Under the pieces are notes generated by a model. It saw nothing but the letters and a program-made list of their open reading frames with translations. It did no database searches and was not told where the DNA came from. Both the position numbers and the translations under genes were made by a program. From the human T2T-CHM13v2.0 reference genome, Homo sapiens, in the NCBI RefSeq assembly GCF_009914755.1, contig NC_060925.1: DNA of 64,000 bases. One strand, given 5' to 3'. Positions 10,101 through 24,400 of the stretch are shown piece after piece; position 1 is the stretch's first letter, and each line of letters begins with the position of its first letter.

Positions 10101-13100
10101 TCTGCTAGACAGAAGAATTCTCAGTAACTTCCTTGTGTTGTGTGTATTCAACTCACAGAGTTGAACGATCCTTTACACAGAGCAGACTTGAAACACTCTT
10201 TTTGTGGAATTTGCAAGTGGAGATTTCAGCCGCTTTGAGGTCAATGGTAGAAAAGGAAACTATCTTCATATAAAGATTAGACAGAATGATTCTCAGAAAA
10301 TCTTTTGTGATGTGTGCGTTCAACTCACAGAGTTTAACTTTTCTTCTCATAGAGCAGTTAGGAAACACTCTGTTTGTAAAGTCTGCAAGTGGATATTCAG
10401 ACCTCCTTGAGGCCTTCGTTGGAAACGGGATTTCTTCATATTCTGCTAGACAGAAGAATTCTCAGTAACTTCCTTGTGTTGTGTTTATTCAACTCACAGA
10501 GTTGAATGATCCTTTACACAGAGCAGACTTGAAACACTCTTTTTGTGGAATTTGCAAGTGGAGATTTCAGCCGCTTTGAGGTCAATGGTAGAAAAGTAAT
10601 TATCTTCGTATAAAGACTAGACAGAATGATTCTCAGAAACTCCTTTGTGATGTGTGCGTTCAACTCACAGAGTTTAACCTTTCTGTTCATAGAGCTGTTA
10701 GGAAACACTCTGTTTGTAAAGTCTGCAAGTGGATATTCAGACCTCCTTTAGGCCTTCGTTGGAAACGGGATTTCTTCATATTCTGCTAGACAGAAGAATT
10801 CTCAGTAACTTCCTTGTGTTGTGTGTATTCAACTCACAGAGTTGAACGATCCTTTACACAGAGCAGACTTGAAACACTCTTTTTGTGGAATTTGCAAGTG
10901 GAGATTTCAGCCGCTTTGAGGTCAATAGTAGAAAAGGAAATATCTTCGTAGAAAAACTAGACAGAATGATTCTCAGAAACTCCTTTGTGATGTGTGTGTT
11001 CAACTCACAGAGTTTAACCTTTCTTTTCATAGAGCAGTTAGTAAACACTCTGTTTATAAAGTCTGCAAGTGGATATTCAGACCCCTTTGAGGCCTTCGTT
11101 GGAAACGGGATTTCTTCATATTATGCTAGACAGAAGAATTCTCAGTAACTTCCTTGTGTTGTGTGTATTCAACTGACAGAGTTGAACTTTCATTTAGAGA
11201 GAGCAGATTTGAAACACTGTTTTTGTGGAATTTGCAAGTGGAGATTTCAAGCGCTTTGGGGCCAAAGGCAGAAAAGGAAATATCTTCGTATAAAAACTAG
11301 ACAGAATCATTCTCAGAAACTGCTGCGTGATGTGTGCGTTCAACTCTCAGAGTTTAACTTTTCTTTTCATTCAGCGGTTTGGAAACACTCTGTTTGTAAA
11401 GTCTGCACGTGGAAATTTTGACCACTTAGAGGCCTTCGTTGGAAACGGGTTTTTTTCATGTAAGGCTAGACAGAAGAATTCCCAGTAACTTCCTTGTGTT
11501 GTGTGCATTCAACTCACAGAGTTGAACGTTCCCTTAGACAGAGCAGATTTGAAACACTCTATTTGTGCAATTTGCAAGTGTAGATTTCAAGCGCTTTAAG
11601 GTCAACGGCAGAAAAGGAAATATCTTCGTTTCAAAACTAGACAGAATCATTCCCACAAACTGCGTTGTGATGTGTTCGTTCAACTCACAGAGTTTAACCT
11701 TTCTGTTCATAGAGCAGTTAGGAAACACTCTGTTTGTAAAGTCTGTAAGTGGATATTCTGACATCTTGTGGCCTTCGTTGGAAACGGGATTTCTTCATAT
11801 TCTGCTAGACAGAAGAATTCTCAGTAACTTCCTTGTGTTGTGTGTATTCAACTCACAGAGTTGAACGATCCTTTACACAGAGCAGACTTGAAACACTCTT
11901 TTTGTGGAATTTGCAAGTGGAGATTTCAGCCGCTTTGAGGTCAATGGTAGAAAAGGAAACTATCTTCATATAAAGATTAGACAGAATGATTCTCAGAAAA
12001 TCTTTTGTGATGTGTGCGTTCAACTCACAGAGTTTAACTTTTCTTCTCATAGAGCAGTTAGGAAACACTCTGTTTGTAAAGTCTGCAAGTGGATATTCAG
12101 ACCTCTTTGAGGTCTTCGTTGGAAACGGGATTTCTTCATATTATGCTAGACAGAATAATTCTCAGTAACTTCCTTGTGTTGTGTGTATTCAACTCACAGA
12201 GTTGAAGGATCCTTTACAGAGAGCAGGCTTGAAACACTCTTTTTGTCGAATTTGCAAGTGGAGATTTCAGCCGCTTTGTGGTCAATGGTAGAATAGGAAA
12301 TATCTTCTTATAGAAACTAGACAGAATGATTCTCATAAACTCCTTTGTGATGTGTGCGTTCAACTCACAGAGTTTAACCTTTCTTTTCATAGAGCAGTTA
12401 GGAAACACTCTGTTTGTAAAGTCTGCAAGTGGATATTCAGACCTCCTTGAGGCCTTCGTTGGAAACGGGATTTCTTCATATTCTGCTAGACAGAAGAATT
12501 CTCAGTAACTTCCTTGTGTTGTGTTTATTCAACTCACAGAGTTGAATGATCCTTTACACAGAGCAGACTTGAAACACTCTTTTTGTGGAATTTGCAAGTG
12601 GAGATTTCAGCCGCTTTGAGGTCAATGGTAGAAAAGTAAATATCTTCCTATAAAGACTAGACAGAATGATTCTCAGAAACTCCTTTGTGATGTGTGCGTT
12701 CAACTCACAGAGTTTAACCTTTCTGTTCATAGAGCCGTTAGGAAACACTCTGTTTGTAAAGTCTGCAAGTGGATATTCAGACCTCTTTGAGGCCTTCGTT
12801 GGAAACGGGATTTCTTCATATTATGCTAGACAGAAAAATTCTCAGTAACTTCCTTGTGTTGTGTGTATTCAACTCACAGAGTTGAACGATCCTTTACACA
12901 GAGCAGACTTGAAACACTCTTTTTGTCGAATTTGCAAGTGGAGATTTCAGCCGCTTTGAGGTCAATGGTAGAATAGGAAATATCTTCTTATAGAAACTAG
13001 ACAGAATGATTCTCATGAACTCCTTTGTGATGTGTGCGTTGAACTCACAGAGTTTAACCTTTCTTTTCATAGAGGAGTTAGGAAACACTCTGTTTGTAAA

Positions 13101-14284
13101 GTCTGCAAGTGGATATTCAGACCTCCTTGAGGCCTTCGTTGGAAACGGGATTTCTTCATATTCTGCTAGACAGAAGAATTCTCAGTAACTTCCTTGTGTT
13201 GTGTTTATTCAACTCACAGAGTTGAATGATCCTTTACACAGAGCAGACTTGAAACACTCTTTTTGTGGAAATTGCAAGTGGAGATTTCAGCCGCTTTGAG
13301 GTCAATGGTAGAAAAGTAAATATCTTCGTATAAAGACTAGACAGAATGATTCTCAGAAACTCCTTTGTGATGTGTGCGTTCAACTCACAGAGTTTAACCT
13401 TTCTGTTCATAGAGCAGTTAGGAAACACTCTGTTTGTAAAGTCTGCAAGTGGATATTCAGACCTCCTTGAGGCCTTCGTTGAAAACGGGATTTCTTCATA
13501 TTCTGCTAGACAGAAGAATTCTCAGTAACTTCCTTGTGTTGTGTGTATTCAACTCACAGAGTTGAACGATCCTTTACACAGAGCAGACTTGAAACACTCT
13601 TTCTGTGGAATTTGCAAGTGGAGATTTCAACCGCTTTGAGGTCAATAGTAGAAAAGGAAATATCTTCGTAGAAAAACTAGACAGAATGATTCTCAGAAAC
13701 TCCTTTGTGATGTGTGTGTTCAACTCACAGAGTTTAACCTTTCTTTTCATAGAGCAGTTAGTAAACACTCTGTTTATAAAGTCTGCAAGTGGATATTCAG
13801 ACCCCTTTGAGGCCTTCGTTGGAAACGGGATTTCTTCATATTCTGCTAGACAGAAGAATTCTCAGTAACTTCCTTGTGTTGTGTGTATTCAACTGACAGA
13901 GTTGAACTTTCATTTAGAGAGAGCAGATTTGAAACACTGTTTTTGTGGAATTTGCAACTGGAGATTTCAAGCGCTTTGGGGCCAAAGGCAGAAAAGGAAA
14001 TATCTTCGTATAAAAACTAGACAGAATCATTCTCAGAAACTGCTGCGTGATGTGTGCGTTCAACTCTCAGAGTTTAACTTTTCTTTTCATTCAGCGGTTT
14101 GGAAACACTCTGTTTGTAAAGTCTGCACGTGGATATTTTGACCACTTAGAGGCCTTCGTTGGAAACGGGTTTTTTTCATGTAAGGCTAGACAGAAGAATT
14201 CCCAGTAACTTCCTTGTGTTGTGTGCATTCAACTCACAGAGTTGAACGTTCCCTTAGACAGAGCAGATTTGAAACACTCTATTT
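7145..14284 (+). repeat. 16-mer, 10-mer and 16-mer HOR variants (2720, 1700, 2720 bp); further 16-mers at 54059-59498 and a 1699-bp 10-mer at 25844-27542
   Basis: Core marker spacings 7145-9865-11565-14285, 54059-56779-59499 and 25844-27543. Confidence 0.9.
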
Positions 14285-16324
14285 GTGCAATTTGCAAGTG
14301 TAGATTTCAAGCGCTTTAAGGTCAACGGCAGAAAAGGAAATATCTTCGTTTCAAAACTAGACAGAATCATTCCCACAAACTGCGTTGTGATGTGTTCGCT
14401 CAACTCACAGAGTTTAACCTTTCTGTTCATAGAGCAGTTAGGAAACACTCTGTTTGTAAAGTCTGTAAGTGGATATTCTGACATCTTGTGGCCTTCGTTG
14501 GAAACGGGATTTCTTCATATTCTGCTAGACAGAAGAATTCTCAGTAACTTCCTTGTGTTGTGTGTATTCAACTCACAGAGTTGAACGATCCTTTACACAG
14601 AGCAGACTTGAAACACTCTTTTTGTGGAATTTGCAAGTGGAGATTTCAGCCGCTTTGAGGTCAATGGTAGAAAAGGAAACTATCTTCATATAAAGACTAG
14701 ACAGAATGATTCTCAGAAAATCTTTTGTGATGTGTGCGTTCAACTCACAGAGTTTAACTTTTCTTCTCATAGAGCAGTTAGGAAACACTCTGTTTGTAAA
14801 GTGTGCAAGTGGATATTCAGACCTCTTTGAGGCCTTCGTTGGAAACGGGATTTCTTCATATTATGCTAGACAGAATAATTCTCAGTAACTTCCTTGTGTT
14901 GTGTGTATTCAACTCACAGAGTTGAAGGATCCTTTACAGAGAGCAGGCTTGAAACACACTTTTTGTCGAATTTGCAAGCGGAGATTTCAGCCGCTTTGAG
15001 GTCAATGGTAGAATAGGAAATATCTTCTTATAGAAACTAGACAGAATGATTCTCATGAACTCCTTTGTGATGTGTGCGTTGAACTCACAGAGTTTAACCT
15101 TTCTTTTCATAGAGCAGTTAGGAAACACTCTGTTTGTAAAGTCTGCAAGTGGATATTCAGACCTCCTTGAGGCCTTCGTTGGAAACGGGATTTCTTCATA
15201 TTCTGCTAGACAGAAGAATTCTCAATAACTTCCTTGTGTTGTGTTTATTCAACTCACAGAGTTGAATGATCCTTTACACAGAGCAGACTTGAAACACTCT
15301 TTTTGTGGAAATTGCAAATGGAGATTTCAGCCGCTTTGAGGTCAATGGTAGAAAAGTAAATATCTTCGTATAAAGACTAGACAGAATGATTCTCAGAAAC
15401 TCCTTTTTGATGTGTGCGTTCAACTCACAGAGTTTAACCTTTCTGTTCATAGAGCAGTTAGGAAACACTCTGTTTGTAAAGTCTGCAAGTGGATATTCAG
15501 ACCTCCTAGAGGCCTTCGTTGAAAACGGGATTTCTTCATATTCTGCTAGACAGAAGAATTCTCAGTAACTTCCTTGTGTTGTGTGTATTCAACTCACAGA
15601 GTTGAACGATCCTTTACACAGAGCAGACTTGAAACACTCTTTCTGTGGAATTTGCAAGTGGAGATTTCAGCCGCTTTGAGGTCAATAGTAGAAAAGGAAA
15701 TATCTTCGTAGAAAAACTAGACAGAATGATTCTCAGAAACTCCTTTGTGATGTGTGTGTTCAACTCACAGAGTTTAACCTTTCTTTTCATAGAGCAGTTA
15801 GTAAACACTCTGTTTATAAAGTCTGCAAGTGGATATTCAGACCCCTTTGAGGCCTTCGTTGGAAACGGGATTTCTTCATATTATGCTAGACAGAAGAATT
15901 CTCAGTAACTTCCCTGTGTTGTGTGTATTCAACTGACAGAGTTGAACTTTCTTTTAGAGAGAGCAGATTTGAAACACTGTTTTTGTGGAATTTGCAACTG
16001 GAGATTTCAAGCGCTTTGGGGCCAAAGGCAGAAAAGGAAATATCTTCGTATAAAAACTAGACAGAATCATTCTCAGAAACTGCTGCGTGATGTGTGCGTT
16101 CAACTCTCAGAGTTTAACTTTTCTTTTCATTCAGCGGTTTGGAAACACTCTGTTTGTAAAGTCTGCACGTGGATATTTTGACCACTTAGAGGCCTTCGTT
16201 GGAAACGGGTTTTTTTCATGTAAGGCTAGACAGAAGAATTCCCAGTAACTTCCTTGTGTTGTGTGCATTCAACTCACAGAGTTGAACGTTCCCTTAGACA
16301 GAGCAGATTTGAAACACTCTATTT
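14285..16324 (+). repeat. 12-mer (2040-bp) HOR variant, the commonest class here (9 of 27 complete units)
   Basis: 2039-2040-bp spacings start at 14285, 17345, 19384, 27543, 29583, 37743, 52020, 59499 and 61539. Confidence 0.9.
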
Positions 16325-18232
16325 GTGCAATTTGCAAGTGTAGATTTCAAGCGCTTTAAGGTCAACGGCAGAAAAGGAAATATCTTCGTTTCAAAACTAG
16401 ACAGAATCATTCCCACAAACTGCGTTGTGATGTGTTCGTTCAACTCACAGAGTTTAACCTTTCTGTTCATAGAGCAGTTAGGAAACACTCTGTTTGTAAA
16501 GTCTGTAAGTGGATATTCTGACATCTGGTGGCCTTCGTTGGAAACGGGATTTCTTCATATTCTGCTAGACAGAAGAATTCTCAGTAACTTCCTTGTGTTG
16601 TGTGTATTCAACTCACAGAGTTGAACGATCCTTTACACAGAGCAGACTTGAAACACTCTTTTTGTGGAATTTGCAAGTGGAGATTTCAGCCGCTTTGAGG
16701 TCAATGGTAGAAAAGGAAACTATCTTCATATAAAGACTAGACAGAATGATTCTCAGAAACTCCTTTGTGATGTGTGTGTTCAACTCACAGAGTTTAACCT
16801 TTCTTTTCATAGAGCAGTTAGTAAACACTCTGTTTATAAAGTCTGCAAGTGGATATTCAGACCCCTTTGAGGCCTTCGTTGGAAACGGGATTTCTTCATA
16901 TTATGCTAGACAGAAGAATTCTCAGTAACTTCCTTGTGTTGTGTGTATTCAACTGACAGAGTTGAACTTTCTTTTAGAGAGAGCAGATTTGAAACACTGT
17001 TTTTGTGGAATTTGCAACTGGAGATTTCAAGCGCTTTGGGGCCAAAGGCAGAAAAGGAAATATCTTCGTATAAAAACTAGACAGAATCATTCTCAGAAAC
17101 TGCTGCGTGATGTGTGCGTTCAACTATCAGAGTTTAACTTTTCTTTTCATTCAGCGGTTTGGAAACACTCTGTTTGTAAAGTCTGCACGTGGATATTTTG
17201 ACCACTTAGAGGCCTTCGTTGGAAACGGGTTTTTTTCATGTAAGGCTAGACAGAAGAATTCCCAGTAACTTCCTTGTGTTGTGTGCATTCAACTCACAGA
17301 GTTGAACGTTCCCTTAGACAGAGCAGATTTGAAACACTCTATTTCTGCAATTTGCAAGTGTAGATTTCAAGCGCTTTAAGGTCAACGGCAGAAAAGGAAA
17401 TATCTTCGTTTCAAAACTAGACAGAATCATTCCCACAAACTGCGTTGTGATGTGTTCGTTCAACTCACAGAGTTTAACCTTTCTGTTCATAGAGCAGTTA
17501 GGAAACACTCTGTTTGTAAAGTCTGTAAGTGGATATTCTGACATCTTGTGGCCTTCGTTGGAAACGGGATTTCTTCATATTCTGCTAGACAGAAGAATTC
17601 TCAGTAACTTCCTTGTGTTGTGTGTATTCAACTCACAGAGTTGAATGATCCTTTACACAGAGCAGACTTGAAACACTCTTTTTGTGGAATTTGCAAGTGG
17701 AGATTTCAGCCGCTTTGAGGTCAATGGTAGAAAAGTAAATATCTTCGTATAAAGACTAGACAGAATGATTCTTAGAAACTCCTTTGTGATGTGTGCGTTC
17801 AACTCACAGAGTTTAACCTTTCTGTTCATAGAGCAGTTAGGAAACACTCTGTTTGTAAAGTCTGCAAGTGGATATTCAGACCTCCTTTAGGCCTTCGTTG
17901 GAAACGGGATTTCTTCATATTCTGCTAGACAGAAGAATTCTCAGTAACTTCCTTGTGTTGTGTGTATTCAACTCACAGAGTTGAACAATCCTTTACACAG
18001 AGCAGACTTGAAACACTCTTTTTGTGGAATTTGCAAGTGGAGATTTCAGCCGCTTTGAGGTCAATGGTAGAAAAGGAAATATCTTCGTATAAAGACTAGA
18101 CAGAATGATTCTCATAAACTCCTTTGTGATGTGTGCGTTCAACTCACAGAGTTTAACCTTTCTGTTCATAGAGCAGTTAGGAAACACTCTGTTTGTAAAG
18201 TCTGCAAGTGGATATTCAGACCTCCTTGAGGC

Positions 18233-18249
18233 CTTCGTTGGAAACGAGA
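18233..18249 (+). promoter_or_regulatory. CENP-B box with core mutation G15A
   Basis: CTTCGTTGGAAACGAGA. Confidence 0.85.
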
Positions 18250-21200
18250 TTTCTTCATATTCTGCTAGACAGAAGAATTCTCAGTAACTTCCTTGTGTTG
18301 TGTGTATTCAACTCACAGAGTTGAATGATCCTTTACACAGAGCAGACTTGAAACACTCTTTTTGTGGAATTTGCAAGTGGAGATTTCAGCCGCTTTGAGG
18401 TCAATGGTAGAAAAGTAAATATCTTCGTATAAAGACTAGACAGAATGATTCTCAGAAACTCCTTTGTGATGTGTGCGTTCAACTCACAGAGTTTAACCTT
18501 TCTGTTCATAGAGCAGTTAGGAAACACTCTGTTTGTAAAGTCTGCAAGTGGATATTCAGACCTCCTTGAGGCCTTCGTTGGAAACGGGATTTCTTCATAT
18601 TCTGCTAGACAGAAGAATTCTCAGTAACTTCCTTGTGTTGTGTGTATTCAACTCACAGAGTTGAACGATCCTTTACACAGAGCAGACTTGAAACACTCTT
18701 TTTGTGGAATTTGCAAGTGGAGATTTCAGCCGCTTTGAGGTCAATAGTAGAAAAGGAAATATCTTCGTAGAAAAACTAGACAGAATGATTTTCAGAAACT
18801 CCTTTGTGATGTGTGTGTTCAACTCACAGAGTTTAACCTTTCTTTTCATAGAGCAGTTAGTAAACACTCTGTTTATAAAGTCTGCAAGTGGATATTCAGA
18901 CCCCTTTGAGGCCTTCGTTGGAAACGGGATTTCTTCATATTATGCTAGACAGAAGAATTCTCAGTAACTTCCTTGTGTTGTGTGTATTCAACTGACAGAG
19001 TTGAACTTTCATTTAGAGAGAGCAGATTTGAAACACTGTTTTTGTGGAATTTGCAAGTGGAGATTTCAAGCGCTTTGGGGCCAAAGGCAGAAAAGGAAAT
19101 ATCTTCGTATAAAAACTAGACAGAATCATTCTCAGAAACTGCTGCGTGATGTGTGCGTTCAACTCTCAGAGTTTAACTTTTCTTTTCATTCAGCGGTTTG
19201 GAAACACTCTGTTTGTAAAGTCTGCACGTGGAAATTTTGACCACTTAGAGGCCTTCGTTGGAAACGGGATTTTTTCATGTAAGGCTAGACAGAAGAATTC
19301 CCAGTAACTTCCTTGTGTTGTGTGCATTCAACTCACAGAGTTGAACGTTCCCTTAGACAGAGCAGATTTGAAACACTCTATTTGTGCAATTTGCAAGTGT
19401 AGATTTCAAGCGCTTTAAGGTCAACGGCAGAAAAGGAAATATCTTCGTTTCAAAACTAGACAGAATCATTCCCACAAACTGCGTTGTGATGTGTTCGTTC
19501 AACTCACAGAGTTTAACCTTTCTGTTCATAGAGCAGTTAGGAAACACTCTGTTTGTAAAGTCTGTAAGTGGATATTCTGACATCTTGTGGCCTTCGTTGG
19601 AAACGGGATTTCTTCATATTCTGCTAGACAGAAGAATTCTCAGTAACTTCCTTGTGTTGTGTGTATTCAACTCACAGAGTTGAATGATCCTTTACACAGA
19701 GCAGACTTGAAACACTCTTTTTGTGGAATTTGCAAGTGGAGATTTCAGCCGCTTTGAGGTCAATGGTAGAAAAGGAAACTATCTTCATATAAAGACTAGA
19801 CAGAATGATTCTCAGAAAATCTTTTGTGATGTGTGCGTTCAACTCACAGAGTTTAACTTTTCTTCTCATAGAGCAGTTAGGAAACACTCTGTTTGTAAAG
19901 TGTGCAAGTGGATATTCAGACCTCTTTGAGGCCTTCGTTGGAAACGGGATTTCTTCATATTATGCTAGACAGAAAAATTCTCAGTAACTTCCTTGTGTTG
20001 TGTGTATTCAACTCACAGAGTTGAAGGATCCTTTACAGAGAGCAGGCTTGAAACACTCTTTTTGTCGAATTTGCAAGTGGAGATTTCAGCCGCTTTGAGG
20101 TCAATGGTAGAATAGGAAATATCTTCTTATAGAAACTAGACAGAATGATTCTCATGAACTCCTTTGTGATGTGTGCGTTGAACTCACAGAGTTTAACCTT
20201 TCTTTTCATAGAGGAGTTAGGAAACACTCTGTTTGTAAAGTCTGCAAGTGGATATTCAGACCTCCTTGAGGCCTTCGTTGGAAACGGGATTTCTTCATAT
20301 TCTGCTAGACAGAAGAATTCTCAGTAACTTCCTTGTGTTGTGTTTATTCAACTCACAGAGTTGAATGATCCTTTACACAGAGCAGACTTGAAACACTCTT
20401 TTTGTGGAAATTGCAAGTGGAGATTTCAGCCGCTTTGAGGTCAATGGTAGAAAAGTAAATATCTTCGTATAAAGACTAGACAGAATGATTCTCAGAAACT
20501 CCTTTGTGATGTGTGCGTTCAACTCACAGGGTTTAACCTTTCTGTTCATAGAGCAGTTAGGAAACACTCTGTTTGTAAAGTCTGCAAGTGGATATTCAGA
20601 CCTCCTTGAGGCCTTCGTTGAAAACGGGATTTCTTCATATTCTGCTAGACAGAAGAATTCTCAGTAACTTCCTTGTGTTGTGTGTATTCAACTCACAGAG
20701 TTGAACGATCCTTTACACAGAGCAGACTTGAAACACTCTTTCTGTGGAATTTGCAAGTGGAGATTTCAACCGCTTTGAGGTCAATAGTAGAAAAGGAAAT
20801 ATCTTCGTAGAAAAACTAGACAGAATGATTCTCAGAAACTCCTTTGTGATGTGTGTGTTCAACTCACAGAGTTTAACCTTTCTTTTCATAGAGCAGTTAG
20901 TAAACACTCTGTTTATAAAGTCTGCAAGTGGATATTCAGACCCCTTTGAGGCCTTCGTTGGAAACGGGATTTCTTCATATTATGCTAGACAGAAGAATTC
21001 TCAGTAACTTCCTTGTGTTGTGTGTATTCAACTGACAGAGTTGAACTTTCTTTTAGAGAGAGCAGATTTGAAACACTGTTTTTGTGGAATTTGCAAGTGG
21101 AGATTTCAAGCGCTTTGGGGCCAAAGGCAGAAAAGGAAATATCTTCGTATAAAAACTAGACAGAATCATTCTCAGAAACTGCTGCGTGATGTGTGCGTTC

Positions 21201-21423
21201 AACTCTCAGAGTTTAACTTTTCTTTTCATTCAGCGGTTTGGAAACACTCTGTTTGTAAAGTCTGCACGTGGATATTTTGACCACTTAGAGGCCTTCGTTG
21301 GAAACGGGTTTTTTTCATGTAAGGCTAGACAGAAGAATTCCCAGTAACTTCCTTGTGTTGTGTGCATTCAACTCACAGAGTTGAACGTTCCCTTAGACAG
21401 AGCAGATTTGAAACACTCTATTT

Positions 21424-24400
21424 GTGCAATTTGCAAGTGTAGATTTCAAGCGCTTTAAGGTCAACGGCAGAAAAGGAAATATCTTCGTTTCAAAACTAGA
21501 CAGAATCATTCCCACAAACTGCGTTGTGATGTGTTCGCTCAACTCACAGAGTTTAACCTTTCTGTTCATAGAGCAGTTAGGAAACACTCTGTTTGTAAAG
21601 TCTGTAAGTGGATATTCTGACATCTTGTGGCCTTCGTTGGAAACGGGATTTCTTCATATTCTGCTAGACAGAAGAATTCTCAGTAACTTCCTTGTGTTGT
21701 GTGTATTCAACTCACAGAGTTGAACGATCCTTTACACAGAGCAGACTTGAAACACTCTTTTTGTGGAATTTGCAAGTGGAGATTTCAGCCGCTTTGAGGT
21801 CAATGGTAGAAAAGGAAACTATCTTCATATAAAGATTAGACAGAATGATTCTCAGAAAATCTTTTGTGATGTGTGCGTTCAACTCACAGAGTTTAACTTT
21901 TCTTCTCATAGAGCAGTTAGGAAACACTCTGTTTGTAAAGTCTGCAAGTGGATATTCAGACCTCTTTGAGGTCTTCGTTGGAAACGGGATTTCTTCATAT
22001 TATGCTAGACAGAATAATTCTCAGTAACTTCCTTGTGTTGTGTGTATTCAACTCACAGAGTTGAAGGATCCTTTACAGAGAGCAGGCTTGAAACACTCTT
22101 TTTGTCGAATTTGCAAGTGGAGATTTCAGCCGCTTTGTGGTCAATGGTAGAATAGGAAATATCTTCTTATAGAAACTAGACAGAATGATTCTCATAAACT
22201 CCTTTGTGATGTGTGCGTTCAACTCACAGAGTTTAACCTTTCTTTTCATAGAGCAGTTAGGAAACACTCTGTTTGTAAAGTCTGCAAGTGGATATTCAGA
22301 CCTCCTTGAGGCCTTCGTTGGAAACGGGATTTCTTCATATTCTGCTAGACAGAAGAATTCTCAGTAACTTCCTTGTGTTGTGTTTATTCAACTCACAGAG
22401 TTGAATGATCCTTTACACAGAGCAGACTTGAAACACTCTTTTTGTGGAATTTGCAAGTGGAGATTTCAGCCGCTTTGAGGTCAATGGTAGAAAAGTAAAT
22501 ATCTTCCTATAAAGACTAGACAGAATGATTCTCAGAAACTCCTTTGTGATGTGTGCGTTCAACTCACAGAGTTTAACCTTTCTGTTCATAGAGCCGTTAG
22601 GAAACACTCTGTTTGTAAAGTCTGCAAGTGAATATTCAGACCTCTTTGAGGCCTTCGTTGGAAACGGGATTTCTTCATATTCTGCTAGACAGAAGAATTC
22701 TCAGTAACTTCCTTGTGTTGTGTTTATTCAACTCACAGAGTTGAATGATCCTTTACACAGAGCAGACTTGAAACACTCTTTTTGTGGAATTTGCAAGTGG
22801 AGATTTCAGCCGCTTTGAGGTCAATGGTAGAAAAGTAAATATCTTCGTATAAAGACTAGACAGAATGATTCTCAGAAACTCCTTTGTGATGTGTGCGTTC
22901 AACTCACAGAGTTTAACCTTTCTCTTCATAGAGCTGTTAGGAAACACTCTGTTTGTAAAGTCTGCAAGTGGATATTCAGACCTCCTTTAGGCCTTCGTTG
23001 GAAACGGGATTTCTTCATATTCTGCTAGACAGAAGAATTCTCAGTAACTTCCTTGTGTTGTGTGTATTCAACTCACAGAGTTGAACGATCCTTTACACAG
23101 AGCAGACTTGAAACACTCTTTTTGTGGAATTTGCAAGTGGAGATTTCAGCCGCTTTGAGGTCAATAGTAGAAAAGGAAATATCTTCGTAGAAAAACTAGA
23201 CAGAATGATTCTCAGAAACTCCTTTGTGATGTGTGTGTTCAACTCACAGAGTTTAACCTTTCTTTTCATAGAGCAGTTAGTAAACACTCTGTTTATAAAG
23301 TCTGCAAGTGGATATTCAGACCCCTTTGAGGCCTTCGTTGGAAACGGGATTTCTTCATATTATGCTAGACAGAATAATTCTCAGTAACTTCCTTGTGTTG
23401 TGTGTATTCAACTCACAGAGTTGAAGGATCCTTTACAGAGAGCAGGCTTGAAACACACTTTTTGTCGAATTTGCAAGCGGAGATTTCAGCCGCTTTGAGG
23501 TCAATGGTAGAATAGGAAATATCTTCTTATAGAAACTAGACAGAATGATTCTCATGAACTCCTTTGTGATGTGTGCGTTGAACTCACAGAGTTTAACCTT
23601 TCTTTTCATAGAGCAGTTAGGAAACACTCTGTTTGTAAAGTCTGCAAGTGGATATTCAGACCTCCTTGAGGCCTTCGTTGGAAACGGGATTTCTTCATAT
23701 TCTGCTAGACAGAAGAATTCTCAATAACTTCCTTGTGTTGTGTTTATTCAACTCACAGAGTTGAATGATCCTTTACACAGAGCAGACTTGAAACACTCTT
23801 TTTGTGGAAATTGCAAATGGAGATTTCAGCCGCTTTGAGGTCAATGGTAGAAAAGTAAATATCTTCGTATAAAGACTAGACAGAATGATTCTCAGAAACT
23901 CCTTTTTGATGTGTGCGTTCAACTCACAGAGTTTAACCTTTCTGTTCATAGAGCAGTTAGGAAACACTCTGTTTGTAAAGTCTGCAAGTGGATATTCAGA
24001 CCTCCTAGAGGCCTTCGTTGAAAACGGGATTTCTTCATATTCTGCTAGACAGAAGAATTCTCAGTAACTTCCTTGTGTTGTGTGTATTCAACTCACAGAG
24101 TTGAACGATCCTTTACACAGAGCAGACTTGAAACACTCTTTCTGTGGAATTTGCAAGTGGAGATTTCAGCCGCTTTGAGGTCAATAGTAGAAAAGGAAAT
24201 ATCTTCGTAGAAAAACTAGACAGAATGATTCTCAGAAACTCCTTTGTGATGTGTGTGTTCAACTCACAGAGTTTAACCTTTCTTTTCATAGAGCAGTTAG
24301 TAAACACTCTGTTTATAAAGTCTGCAAGTGGATATTCAGACCCCTTTGAGGCCTTCGTTGGAAACGGGATTTCTTCATATTATGCTAGACAGAAGAATTC

